Of a stretch of DNA of 64,000 bases, positions 54,505 through 64,000 are shown in pieces. Source of the DNA: Octopus vulgaris (Eukaryota); contig OX597820.1 of assembly GCA_951406725.2 (NCBI GenBank), forward strand, positions 88,412,001 to 88,476,000, read 5' to 3'. Position numbers and translations under genes: made by a program. Below the pieces are notes generated by a model. That model ran no database searches and was not told the origin of the DNA. It saw nothing but the letters and a program-made list of their open reading frames with translations. The first letter of the stretch is position 1. Each line of letters starts with the position of its first letter.

Positions 54505-54860
54505 GGTTCTATCTTTTCCTTCCTCTTTACACTCCATATTACTCTTTCCCCTCACTTCTCTCTCCCCACCCCAAGCCATTCACAAATACTATAAAAAGAG
54601 ACAAATCCCTTCACAAAATTTAAATCTGAAGAATCTATTACAGTCGATGAAAGCGCTTATATGTGATTTGTAAAAACATGTGGCATGTTAATAAATATTT
54701 GTATATGTACAACCATCCAGATCTCTGAATACCTTATTTTTTGTAATATATAATATCTGTACATCACTTCTAAACCTTCTAATATATATAAGTTCAGTAA
54801 AAATTTAGATTCAGTTGAATGTGGTACTTAAGTTAAAGGCACCAGGATTTAGAATGGTAT
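54505..54860 (+). mobile_element. Probable Penelope-like pseudo-LTR remnant with a degenerate hammerhead
   Basis: TATAAA, then CTGAAGA-ATC...GAT-GAAAGCGCTT, then AATAAA, followed by an imperfect inverted copy of the tail. Confidence 0.45.
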
Positions 54861-55160
54861 TATCCTATTTTGCAGAAAGAAATCAGTACTACATATTCCC
54901 AGAACAGCTGTTATGCTTGAGTGTTTTGTGATATGTGTGGTTATGTTTTAGTGTGGATTTAGATTCAAAAAATATTTTCAGATGTGAATAGTCAGATATA
55001 GAAATTTCTGTTTTATTTCCTTTGAATTCTTTGAAAATCTCATTTATCATAAAGCCTTTTCTTGTGTGTGTGGTGATGGTGGTGGTGGTGGTGTGTGTGT
55101 GTGTGTGGGGGGGCGTGTGTGTATACATATGTATGCATGCATGTATACATATATATACTC

Positions 55161-55370
55161 AGGCGGCGAGCTGGCACAATTGGTAGCACGTCGGGCAAAA
55201 TACTTAGCGGCTATTCCGTACGTCTTTACGATCTGAGTTCAAATGCCACCGAGGCCGACTTTGCTTTTCATCCTTTCGGCGTCGATAAAATAACAACCAT
55301 CTGAGTACTAGGGGTCCATGTAATCGACCTACCCACTCTCGAACTTGCTGGATTTGTTCTGAAATTTGAA
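55161..55370 (+). mobile_element. SINE family B
   Basis: AGGCGGCGAGCTGGCA head plus core motifs. Confidence 0.85.
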
Positions 55371-55440
<70 letters not shown>

Positions 55441-55441
<1 letters not shown>

Positions 55442-55855
55442 TCTCTTTTACTCTTTACTTTTTACTTGTTTCAGTCATTTGACTGCGGTCATGCTGGAGC
55501 ACCGCCTTTAGTCGAGCAAATCGACCCCGGGACTTACTTTTTGTAAGCCCAGTACTTATTCTATCGGTCTCTTTTGCCGAACCGCTAAGTGACGGGGACG
55601 TAAACACACCAGCATCGTTGTCAAGCAATGTTGGAGGGTCAAACACACACACACAAACACACACACATACATATATATATATACATATATACGACAGGCT
55701 TCTTTCAGTTTCCGTCTACCAAATCCACTAACAAGGCATTGGTCGGCCCGGGGCTATAGCAGAAGACACTTGCCCAAGATGCCACGCAGTGGGACTGAAC
55801 CCGGAACCATGTGGTTGGTTAGCAAGCAACTTACCACACAGCCACTCCTGCGCCT
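55441..55855 (-). mobile_element. SINE family A, full length
   Basis: Near-identical to 60260-60654. Confidence 0.9.
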
Positions 55856-55879
55856 GTATATATATATACATCAACCTGC

Positions 55880-56330
55880 GACACTGGCAATATTCAATGT
55901 TGTAGACTAGTTTTTCTTTTTCTTTATACACAGGCGACATAAAAATGCTTGATTTCGCTGTAAAGACTTCTGGAAATCGTTATAGTGGCATTTCATGTGC
56001 CTTGTCAACCCAGATTTACTTTTGCAGTAAACAGAGCAAGATAATTCATCAGATTGAGACTGTGAAAAATCAGTAGGGGACCTCAATTCGTGCTTCCGTT
56101 TATGACTGAAACTCTTTACTACAGATTTGCTTATTGATTCTTCGAGACGCAATTTTCGTTTACATTGAGGCTTTTTTGTTCCTTAATATCAGTTCATATA
56201 ACAGTTGTTTGAGCATGCATTGATCATATTCTGTTATGAGATGCCAATCCAGTGAAGTCTATGTCTATGAATACCATCCACACCAGACTCAAGTACTTCA
56301 GAATATGGCACATAGTGTGCCCGCAAGTGA
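55880..56330 (-). pseudogene. RTE-clade LINE 3' remnant with a C-terminal C2H2-like motif
   Basis: RLHWIG..., DQCMLKQLLYEL, then CSVYCKSKSGLTRHMKCH. Confidence 0.7.
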
Positions 56331-56355
56331 TATTCAGTATAAAGCAGTATATATA

Positions 56356-56424
<69 letters not shown>

Positions 56425-56425
56425 T

Positions 56426-56578
56426 ATAGAAGGAGAACTTTCAAAGGACTAGAACTGTTTTCATTTGAATGAAACAGTTCTAGTCCTGTAGAAGCTCCTT
56501 CTATTAAATAAATTAATTTACTCTGCTATGTATTGAGTACCTTATTTACTGTGGTTAACCCCGACTCAACCCGGGACT

Positions 56579-56580
<2 letters not shown>
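56426..56580. repeat. Inverted-repeat hairpin element embedded in (TA)n, probably a Penelope-like terminus
   Basis: ATAGAAGGAG...AGGACTAGAACTGTTTTCATT-TG-AATGAAACAGTTCTAGTCCT...CTCCTTCTAT. Confidence 0.75.
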
Positions 56581-56633
<53 letters not shown>

Positions 56634-56892
56634 GTCTGGGGAATGCCATTCTCATTTAGTGCCTTATTACTTAACACACTCACCGGTTCAATTTCCACTC
56701 ATTTTTTCTAAAATTTTCGTTTTTTGTGTTAATTAAAACAGAATGAACCTCCTCGGTCACAATAAAATATGCTTCAAACACGAATTTCCCCCCACACACA
56801 CACACATACATACATATATGTATGTATTTATGTATGTATATGTGTGCGTGTGATTGCATATGTGTGCATGTATGTATGAGTACGTATATGCT

Positions 56893-57207
56893 GAGACCCC
56901 CTTCGGTCATGACTGACCATGTGATTGCACCTAGGAAGTTATCCTCCCAGGCACAACTCCGGGCAAGGTTGTTTATGGAAGACCCTTGCATACCGGCCTC
57001 CCTTCTCCACGCTACCAGTGTTATCCAAGGGAAAGGCAAAGGCCGATACAGCTTGGTACCTGTGACGTCGCAACTCATTTCTACAGCTGAGTGAACTGGA
57101 GCAACGTGTCTTGCTCAAAAACACAACACGCAACCCAGTCCGGGATTCGAACTCACAACCTCGCGATCGTATGCTCGACGCTCTAACCACTGAGCCATGC
57201 GCCTTCA
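56893..57207 (-). mobile_element. SINE family C
   Basis: Matches 41958-42293 with small deletions. Confidence 0.9.
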
Positions 57208-57732
57208 CTACGTATATATATATAAGATAAATTATGTAAAACACTAATTTATATCATTATATCATTTGCTTTCTAAGTACGTTTCACAATCATGGTTCTT
57301 TGCAATATCCGCATTGAACGTTCAAAGTGCAATTGGATGCTGAGCCACAAAGGGTCATCGGCGTGGTGGGGGAATGAAATATTATAGAGACATTTGATCT
57401 CCGTAACATAATGTGCTTCAGTATCTAATGGCACATGGAACATCCTACACATGCTCTGTGTATCATAAACAGGAATACAGTAATACTACTAGGTATAGTA
57501 TTGACCATGCCACTTTGCAAGTAGTTGACTGGATGATAAATGATAATATTGTCCACGAAGCTCTAAAGTCGCCAATGGTAGTCTTATATCCACTTGAAAT
57601 TGCATTACTAAACCAATACGCGCACACACACACACAAATACACAAACACACACGCACACACACACACACACACGCACACACATTTTCTCTCTCCCACATG
57701 CACAAACACACGTACACACACGCGCACACATT

Positions 57733-58056
57733 CTTTTATTCTTTTCGTTGTTTCAGTCATTTGACTGTGGCCATGCTGGGGCAACGCCTTGAAGGGTTTT
57801 AGTCGAACAAATCGACGCCAGGACTTATTTCTTAAGCCTGGTACTTATTCTATCGTTCTATCAACACCGATTGTCAAGCGGTGATGGGGTAGGGGGACGC
57901 AAAAACACACAGACATAGATATAGACATATACAAAAATACAGCAGGCTTCTTTCAGTTTCCGTCTATCAAATCCACTTACAAGGCTTTTGTCGATCGGAG
58001 GCTATAGAAGGCACTTACCCAAGATGCCAGGCATTGGGACTCAACCCAGAATCATG
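57733..58056 (-). mobile_element. SINE family A, diverged
   Basis: TGTTTCAGTCATTTGACTG tail and CTTTCAGTTTCCGTCTA body. Confidence 0.8.
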
Positions 58057-58059
58057 TAT

Positions 58060-58463
58060 CTTATTTCTTTATTGCCCACAAGGGGCTAAACCTAGAGGGG
58101 ACAAGCAAGGACAGATAAAGGAATTAAGTCCATTACATCGACCCCAGTGCGTAACTGGTACTTAATTTGATGAAAGGCAAAGTCGACCTTGGTGGAATTT
58201 GAATTCAGAACGTAGCGGCAGACGAAATACCTATTTCGTTACTACCCACAAGGGGCTAAACACAAAGAGGACAAACAAGGACAGACAAACGGATTAAGTC
58301 GGTTATATCGACTCCAGTGCGTAACTGGTACTTATTTAATCGACCCCGAAAGGATGAAAGGCAAAGTCGACCTCGGGGGAATTTGAACTCACAACGTAAC
58401 GGCAGACGAAATACCGCTAAACATTTCGCCCGGCGTGCTAACGTCTCTGCCAGCTCACCGCCT
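58060..58463 (-). mobile_element. SINE family B head-to-tail dimer
   Basis: Two units joined at CAGACGAAATACC|TATTTC. Confidence 0.9.
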
Positions 58464-58499
58464 TCTTACCACACAACAACGCCTACGCATACACATATA

Positions 58500-58757
58500 C
58501 AGGGTGTCCAAAAAGTTTCGCCCGATTCTTATTTTGAAAACTATTCTAGGTTTTTCAATTAATTTTATTGTATGGAACAATGATGAATAATAACTATGAA
58601 TGAAACAATGAGACAACAATGATAAATACGAACGTCTAAAAGCTATGTTCCTCGAAACCTCGAAGTCATATTCCTCGAAGCCTCGAAGATGAACCTGCAA
58701 TAATACAATACAATGTACAATAAAATAAAAATTGGATGAAATTTTCTGGATACCCTG
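58500..58757. mobile_element. Tc1/mariner-type MITE
   Basis: TA|CAGGGTGTCCAAAAAGTTTC ... GAAATTTTCTGGATACCCTG. Confidence 0.75.
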
Positions 58758-58771
58758 ATTTATATAAGTAT

Positions 58772-59168
58772 AGGCGTGGGAGTGGCTGTGTGGTAAGTAG
58801 CTTGCTTACAAACCACATGTTTCCGGGTTCAGTCCCACTGTGTGGCACCTTGGGCAAGTGTCTTCTACTATAGCCTCGGGTCGACCAAATCTTTGTGAGT
58901 GGATTTGGTCGACGGAAACTGAAAGAAGCCCGTCGTGTATATGTATATATATATATATGTATGTGTGTGTATATGTTTGTATGTCTGTGTTTGTTCCCCA
59001 ATATCGCTTGACAACCGATGCTTGTGTGTTTTCGTCCCCTAACTTAGCGGTTCGGCAAAAGACACCGATAGAATAAATACTAGGCTTACAAAGAATAAGT
59101 CCTGGGGTCGATTTGCTCGACTAAATGCGGTGCTCCAGCATGGCCACAGTCACAAAGAGTAAAAGAGT
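58772..59168 (+). mobile_element. SINE family A, full length
   Basis: Complete head, body and GAGTAAAAGAG tail. Confidence 0.9.
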
Positions 59169-59350
59169 ATATATACACACACATATTTGTGCAGTATGAT
59201 TTGCATTATAGGGCAAGTAACGGGTGTTTAGAGCTATATATGAACCCTGATATATCGAAAAAGATAATTGCGAAAAGAACCCGTCTTATAGTTCAATATT
59301 TCTTTCACAGGTCTTCATAGTTAATAAGATGACAGAGTTTAAAATTTATA

Positions 59351-59863
59351 TCTTTATATATAAAACTGTAGTTGTGTGAGTGTCTGTCCCCTTCGATTTA
59401 GATTCCTAACTACTCCCACATTTTGCGGTGCAGTTTGACCAAATTCGGGTATCTTATAGTCGTGATTCATATCGAGCCCTTCTGGGTATTAGCGCGCGTC
59501 TACGATGAGTCTACGATTTTAAAAATAATTTAACATCATTTTTTATTCCATTTTAATGCATAATTTTTCGTGTGTCGATGGCGGCGGAGTTGGCGTCCAT
59601 GGTCACACCTGCACCTGTTTGCTTCTCCCCCTTCTTCCCTCCCTCGTGAAGCTGTGGGGAAGGGAGTGTAAGGAAATCAACGTCGTAAAGCGTTGTCAAG
59701 GAGACCAGCGTTCTTTTAGAACAACGACTTCATGGCTTGAAGACACCAAAACAGAAATGGCTAAGAAAGCCCGAATTGGCATCTATAAGGGAAGTAACTC
59801 TCTAAAAATGCTTATATAGTTATTTCCCTTACAAACCCGAGCAACGCCGGGCGATACTGCTAG
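59351..59863 (+). mobile_element. Non-autonomous Helitron family 1 with extra internal DNA
   Basis: A|TCTTTATATATAAAA ... CCCGAGCAACGCCGGG ... CTAG|T; the segment at about 59571-59783 is absent from the other three copies. Confidence 0.9.
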
Positions 59864-59952
59864 TAGAAAATAAATGAAGAAACAAGAGTTGTTTCTTAAG
59901 TTGTTTTAGAATATAATTAAATGGTTAAGAACCAACTCTCCACTTGTGTTCT

Positions 59953-60005
<53 letters not shown>

Positions 60006-60259
60006 CATACTTAAAGTACTTACATTCTTGAAATCTCGATAAACTGCGGTATTCGTAACCAGATAGCGTTTCTTAAAGACGCATATTGTTTAAAAAAGCA
60101 CACACATATATATCAATAATAGACGAAAATCACATAACTGTGGTGGTGACATTGCTAAATACGTATTTCTGTCTCTTGGACTCCGTCAATAGCAAGTATT
60201 CACGGATCTTTGTGGTTATCGTCATTGCATGTCGAAATCTTTAAAAAGTTTTTCTTAAT

Positions 60260-60654
60260 ACTCTCTTTTACTTGTTTCAGTCATTTGACTGCGGCCATGC
60301 TGGAGCACCGCCTTTAGTCGAGCAAATCGACCCCGGGACTTATTCATTGTAAGCCCAGTACTTATTCTATCGGTCTCTTTTGCCGAACCGCTAAGTGACG
60401 GGGACGTAAACACACCAGCATCGGTTGTCAAGCAATGCTAGGGGGACAAACACACACACATACACACATATACATATATATACACATATACGACAGGCTT
60501 CTTTCAGTTTCCGTCTACCAAATCCACTCACAAGGCATTGGTCGGCCCGGGGCTATAGCAGAAGACACTTGCCCAAGATGCCACGCAGTGGGACTGAACC
60601 CGGAACCATGTGGTTGGTTAGCAAGCTACTTACCACACAGCCACTCCTGCGCCT
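60260..60654 (-). mobile_element. SINE family A, full length
   Basis: Complete copy. Confidence 0.9.
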
Positions 60655-61119
60655 AATGTATCATATTAATGTAATTTTTGACGCTGAATTCGAATTTGTT
60701 ATTCATTTATTCCGAAAAAATTTTGCGAAAATGTTACAGGTATTTCAAAGTTTGATCATTTTCAGAATTTCCAGCCAATCAGGAAATAGCGCATTCGCTG
60801 CCTCTTCCATTATTTGTCACAGTAGCGAGAAAGCAGGAAGTGGGGGAAGGGGTCACCGGCATGTCAAAACATTTAACTAGCTACAGTAAACAGGGAAAAA
60901 CATTAAAATATTCGCGAGCAAATTAAATATTTAAAAGCTACGAGCAAACCGACAGGAGTTGCTAGAAATAACAGTGAAAACATTGGTTAAAACAGACATT
61001 TATTAGTTAAAAATCTCAAGAACGCAATTTTGTAATACACTCTAGGATTTTATAAAATAAATTATCTTTCTCATATTTCCTTCTCCATATAAATTCACAA
61101 ATATATGAGTCAACAATAG

Positions 61120-61780
61120 AAATGTGTTTGTTGTTGATTATGGTAAGATGAAATCGTGACAATAACAATACATCTCATAGTTGTACAATTAAGATATTTT
61201 GAAACTACATACACGTCAACAACAAGAAAAGCTAGTTGCGGACTCGTAGCTCTATAGGTTTGTTAAACACCGGTGCGCTTTATGTGTGAATAAAACACCG
61301 ATGTCAGGCTAGCGAATAAATATATGTAAATAATATTTCTTCCTTCTTGGTGTTGATTCTTCGATGTTTTCTGGTTACTCTGATGTTTACTGGTCACTCT
61401 TCAATGTTTACTGGTACGCGAGAACTAAAAAAAAAGTGTGTAATATGCAACACAGGCAGCAAACAAAAAATAAAATAGAACAGAGTGGTGCAATGTCTCA
61501 CCAGAGATGATCTTAGCAGAGATGATCTGGAAGTTGTTTCTCTTCGATTACTATCGCGAACAGCAGCAGTTTTCTTCAACTGAATACACGTCGTTGATTA
61601 GTTGAAATTACCCAAATACGACAACTCTAACACGAAATAACTTCTAAAATACCAAATTTTATCCAAAATGCTCAAAGTAAACCGTGTTCTGCGTGAGACA
61701 TTGCACCAGTATACGAAGTTTTAAACTGTTTAGTAAACAAAAATAATTAAAAGATCTGTGAACCAAACTGAACAGATCCG
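61120..61780. mobile_element. Partial GGATC-ended foldback MITE family member
   Basis: 61500-61780 is the inverse of 53434-53710; 61120-61190 is the inverse of 53735-53792. Confidence 0.75.
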
Positions 61781-61837
61781 GTCCGTGTCTGCTAACAACC
61801 GTATGCGAAGACAGTATGACAGTACACACACACACAT

Positions 61838-61917
<80 letters not shown>

Positions 61918-62331
61918 CGAACAACAAACACCCAGCTGTTGCTATAAGCTATACACCAATTGTAGTATGACGGTGTAATATCAGCAGTTGTAATGGCAGT
62001 CCGCCTTTAAGTGTCGCCAGCTGTCCGAATGTTGGTCTCAGCTGTAGTTTAAGGTCATTCACCATCTGCTGGATGCTGTCATAGGAGCCACCGGCTAAAT
62101 TCCGATCGACTGTTAATTTTGGGGTTGAAGCGGTGGATCAGCACGGTGTAATCCACAGAGGCTAATATGGAGGTATTTATCATCTTGGTGGTGTTGCCAA
62201 ATCTGGTCAGGCGTTTGAAGAAGGCGGAACGCGTTGGTGGTGAGATGCTCTTTAATTCGGACGTGGAGTGGTCATGTTGTGCTACCAATGTAGTGGTTGC
62301 CGCATTTGGAAATGCGGTAACATCGGTAGCA

Positions 62332-62530
62332 CAACAGCAACCGAGATTTTATTTCTCCCACCCCTCATACACCAAAAGAATCATTCCCTTTAACATAGTA
62401 AAACGAATTTGCACTATAGTAATAGATGCAAAATTAAGGATTAAAAGATTACAAAAATTAAAAATACTTTTCTAAAAGAACAAAAGTATCCCACTAGATT
62501 AATTCACGCAGCAATCACCAAATCAAAAAA
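62332..62530 (+). pseudogene. Penelope-like element RT C-terminal fragment
   Basis: SHPSYTKRIIPFNIVKRICTIV...RLQKLK, a frameshift, then KEQKYPTRLIHAAI: matches the PLE 'S.HP.H.K..IP....R...I.S ... YP...I' signature. Confidence 0.75.
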
Positions 62531-62704
62531 AAAAAAAAAAGAAAAATCCCAACTACGAGCCTTACAGGAAACCCATTGTCAACATTATCATTAAAATGAA
62601 AATTATCTCCCCAAAAAACAATCTCTACTCATTTTTTCAAATATATTGTACTATACTAAGAACTTACATTTTATTATTCTACTATATATATATATATGTA
62701 TACG

Positions 62705-62882
62705 CCATGATAGATCGCTAGCCACTACACATTTTTTTAGTTTCCCTCCTTGTTTCTTTTGTGTTCCTTCGTGTGTAGGAGCGTAGGCTCGAAACGTTAA
62801 AGACTTTTTCATTTCCCGAGCGTTAAACTAATACGTCTGTTTGTTATCTACACCATCTGTCTTCGTCTTTTTTTTTGTGAAT

Positions 62883-62885
<3 letters not shown>
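62705..62885 (+). mobile_element. Possible Penelope-like terminal repeat remnant
   Basis: GAGC-GTAG-GCTC-GAAACGTT hammerhead-like half motif with the CUGANGA core lost; lies between microsatellites. Confidence 0.4.
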
Positions 62886-62976
<91 letters not shown>

Positions 62977-62997
62977 TAGATAGATAGACAGACAGAC

Positions 62998-63050
<53 letters not shown>

Positions 63051-63575
63051 TGTTTCTTTATTAGCCACACAGGGCTGCACACAGATAGAACAAATTACAA
63101 GGTAGAGCTTTTCTTTTGAAGGTTTAAGAAAAAAAAAAAAAAAAAAGGAAGGGGGAGTTTCGATCAAAAGGGATCGTAAAAGGAGAGAAAGAGGACAAAA
63201 AAAAGGGGGTTTAAAAAAAAAGGGGGGAGGAAAAAAAATTGATCAATAGGGATCGTTATCACAGAAATGTCAATATGAAGTGTAAAGGGGAGGACAGGTG
63301 AGGTTTACCCGTGCAAAGAAAAGCCTACGGAAAAGACCACGGTAACCTCGGTCAATGATGTCACATTTTATATTTCTTTTTTTTTTTTTTTTTTTGCAAA
63401 TAAGCAACTCTCTGTTTTCGATTTCTGGGTTCATAGGACTATGCTCAAGGTGGCTTCGTCATTCATACGTGCCATTCTTGCTACATTCACCCATCTTTTT
63501 TTAAAACATTCGCTAGACAAAACTTGCCTCTCTACTCTCACTTTCCTTTTCAAGTGGTACTTGAAGAAGTTGATG

Positions 63576-63578
<3 letters not shown>
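63051..63578 (-). mobile_element. 5'-truncated Tx1/L1-clade retrotransposon inserted in (GATA)n/(TATC)n
   Basis: ORF end LINFFKYHLKRKVRVERQVLSSECFKKRW (stop at 63431), homologous to 36396-36596; 3' end AATAAAGAAACA; GATA arrays on both sides. Confidence 0.75.
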
Positions 63579-63619
<41 letters not shown>

Positions 63620-63622
<3 letters not shown>

Positions 63623-64000
63623 AGGTGTCCCAAAATTAAGGCAACCAACATTTTCCAACTTTGCCAAAACAAAATATTGTTATATTTCGGGTCCAAGCGT
63701 TGCAATGCAATGGCAAAGGAAACACAATATGACACAACCATATCTATTCGATATGACCATCTCTGTTTCGAATCACAGCCCTAAGTGTAAGTTTGAAGGC
63801 TTCACACCCGGCATGCATCTGCTCTTGCGGAATCGAAGCTCATTTCTGGCAGTTTTGCCTTCAGAGCGTCGAGCAAAGCATGAGGAGTACATGAAACCCT
63901 CGTCTTGAAAATGGACCAACCAGAAAAATCTAACGGTCTAAGATCGGGGCGTCTTGAGGGCCATACAACTATGAACTTCAGAAATGTTTTTCTGAATCCA
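63620..64000 (-). pseudogene. Tc1/mariner-superfamily (maT/DD37D-like) transposase C-terminus and TIR, running off the window
   Basis: WPSRRPDLRPLDFSGWSIFKTRVSCTPHALLDALKAKL...LRAVIRNRDGHIE*; TIR-like TA-GAAGGTGTCCCAAAATTAA. Confidence 0.8.

Noticed and set aside
55907-56152. C2H2 zinc-finger gene exon
   Set aside because: A single degenerate finger directly downstream of RTE C-terminal motifs; better explained as a LINE end.
62000-62330. GC-richer segment with short ORFs, possibly LINE ORF1
   Set aside because: No diagnostic motif recognised.

Overview
This is an AT-rich, microsatellite-saturated stretch of non-coding animal DNA. The SINE repertoire and repeat texture suggest an octopod cephalopod (Octopus); that is my inference and is not verified. 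I cannot support an intact host gene, tRNA/rRNA gene or CRISPR array, and nearly all long ORFs in the track are translations of simple repeats. The window is a mosaic of transposon remnants: four tRNA-headed SINE families, non-autonomous Helitrons, MITEs (Tc1/mariner-, hAT- and piggyBac-type, plus long foldbacks), decayed Tc1/mariner transposases, and non-LTR retroelement fragments (RTE, CR1, R4/Dong, Tx1/L1, Penelope-like). Four signals stand out. (1) A possible set of microsatellite-targeting retrotransposons: two homologous Tx1-like 3' ends sit in different repeats, (TC)n and (TATC)n, one with an empty-site paralogue inside the window, and three R4/Dong inserts all lie in (TAA)n. (2) Two recognisable type-I hammerhead ribozyme motifs with palindromic stem III, plus degenerate copies. 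(3) A 202-codon stop-free frame that appears only after excising a hAT MITE and a Helitron. (4) A Helitron family with fixed ends and a variable internal cassette. All family assignments come from reading motifs by eye, without database searches, and many element boundaries are approximate.
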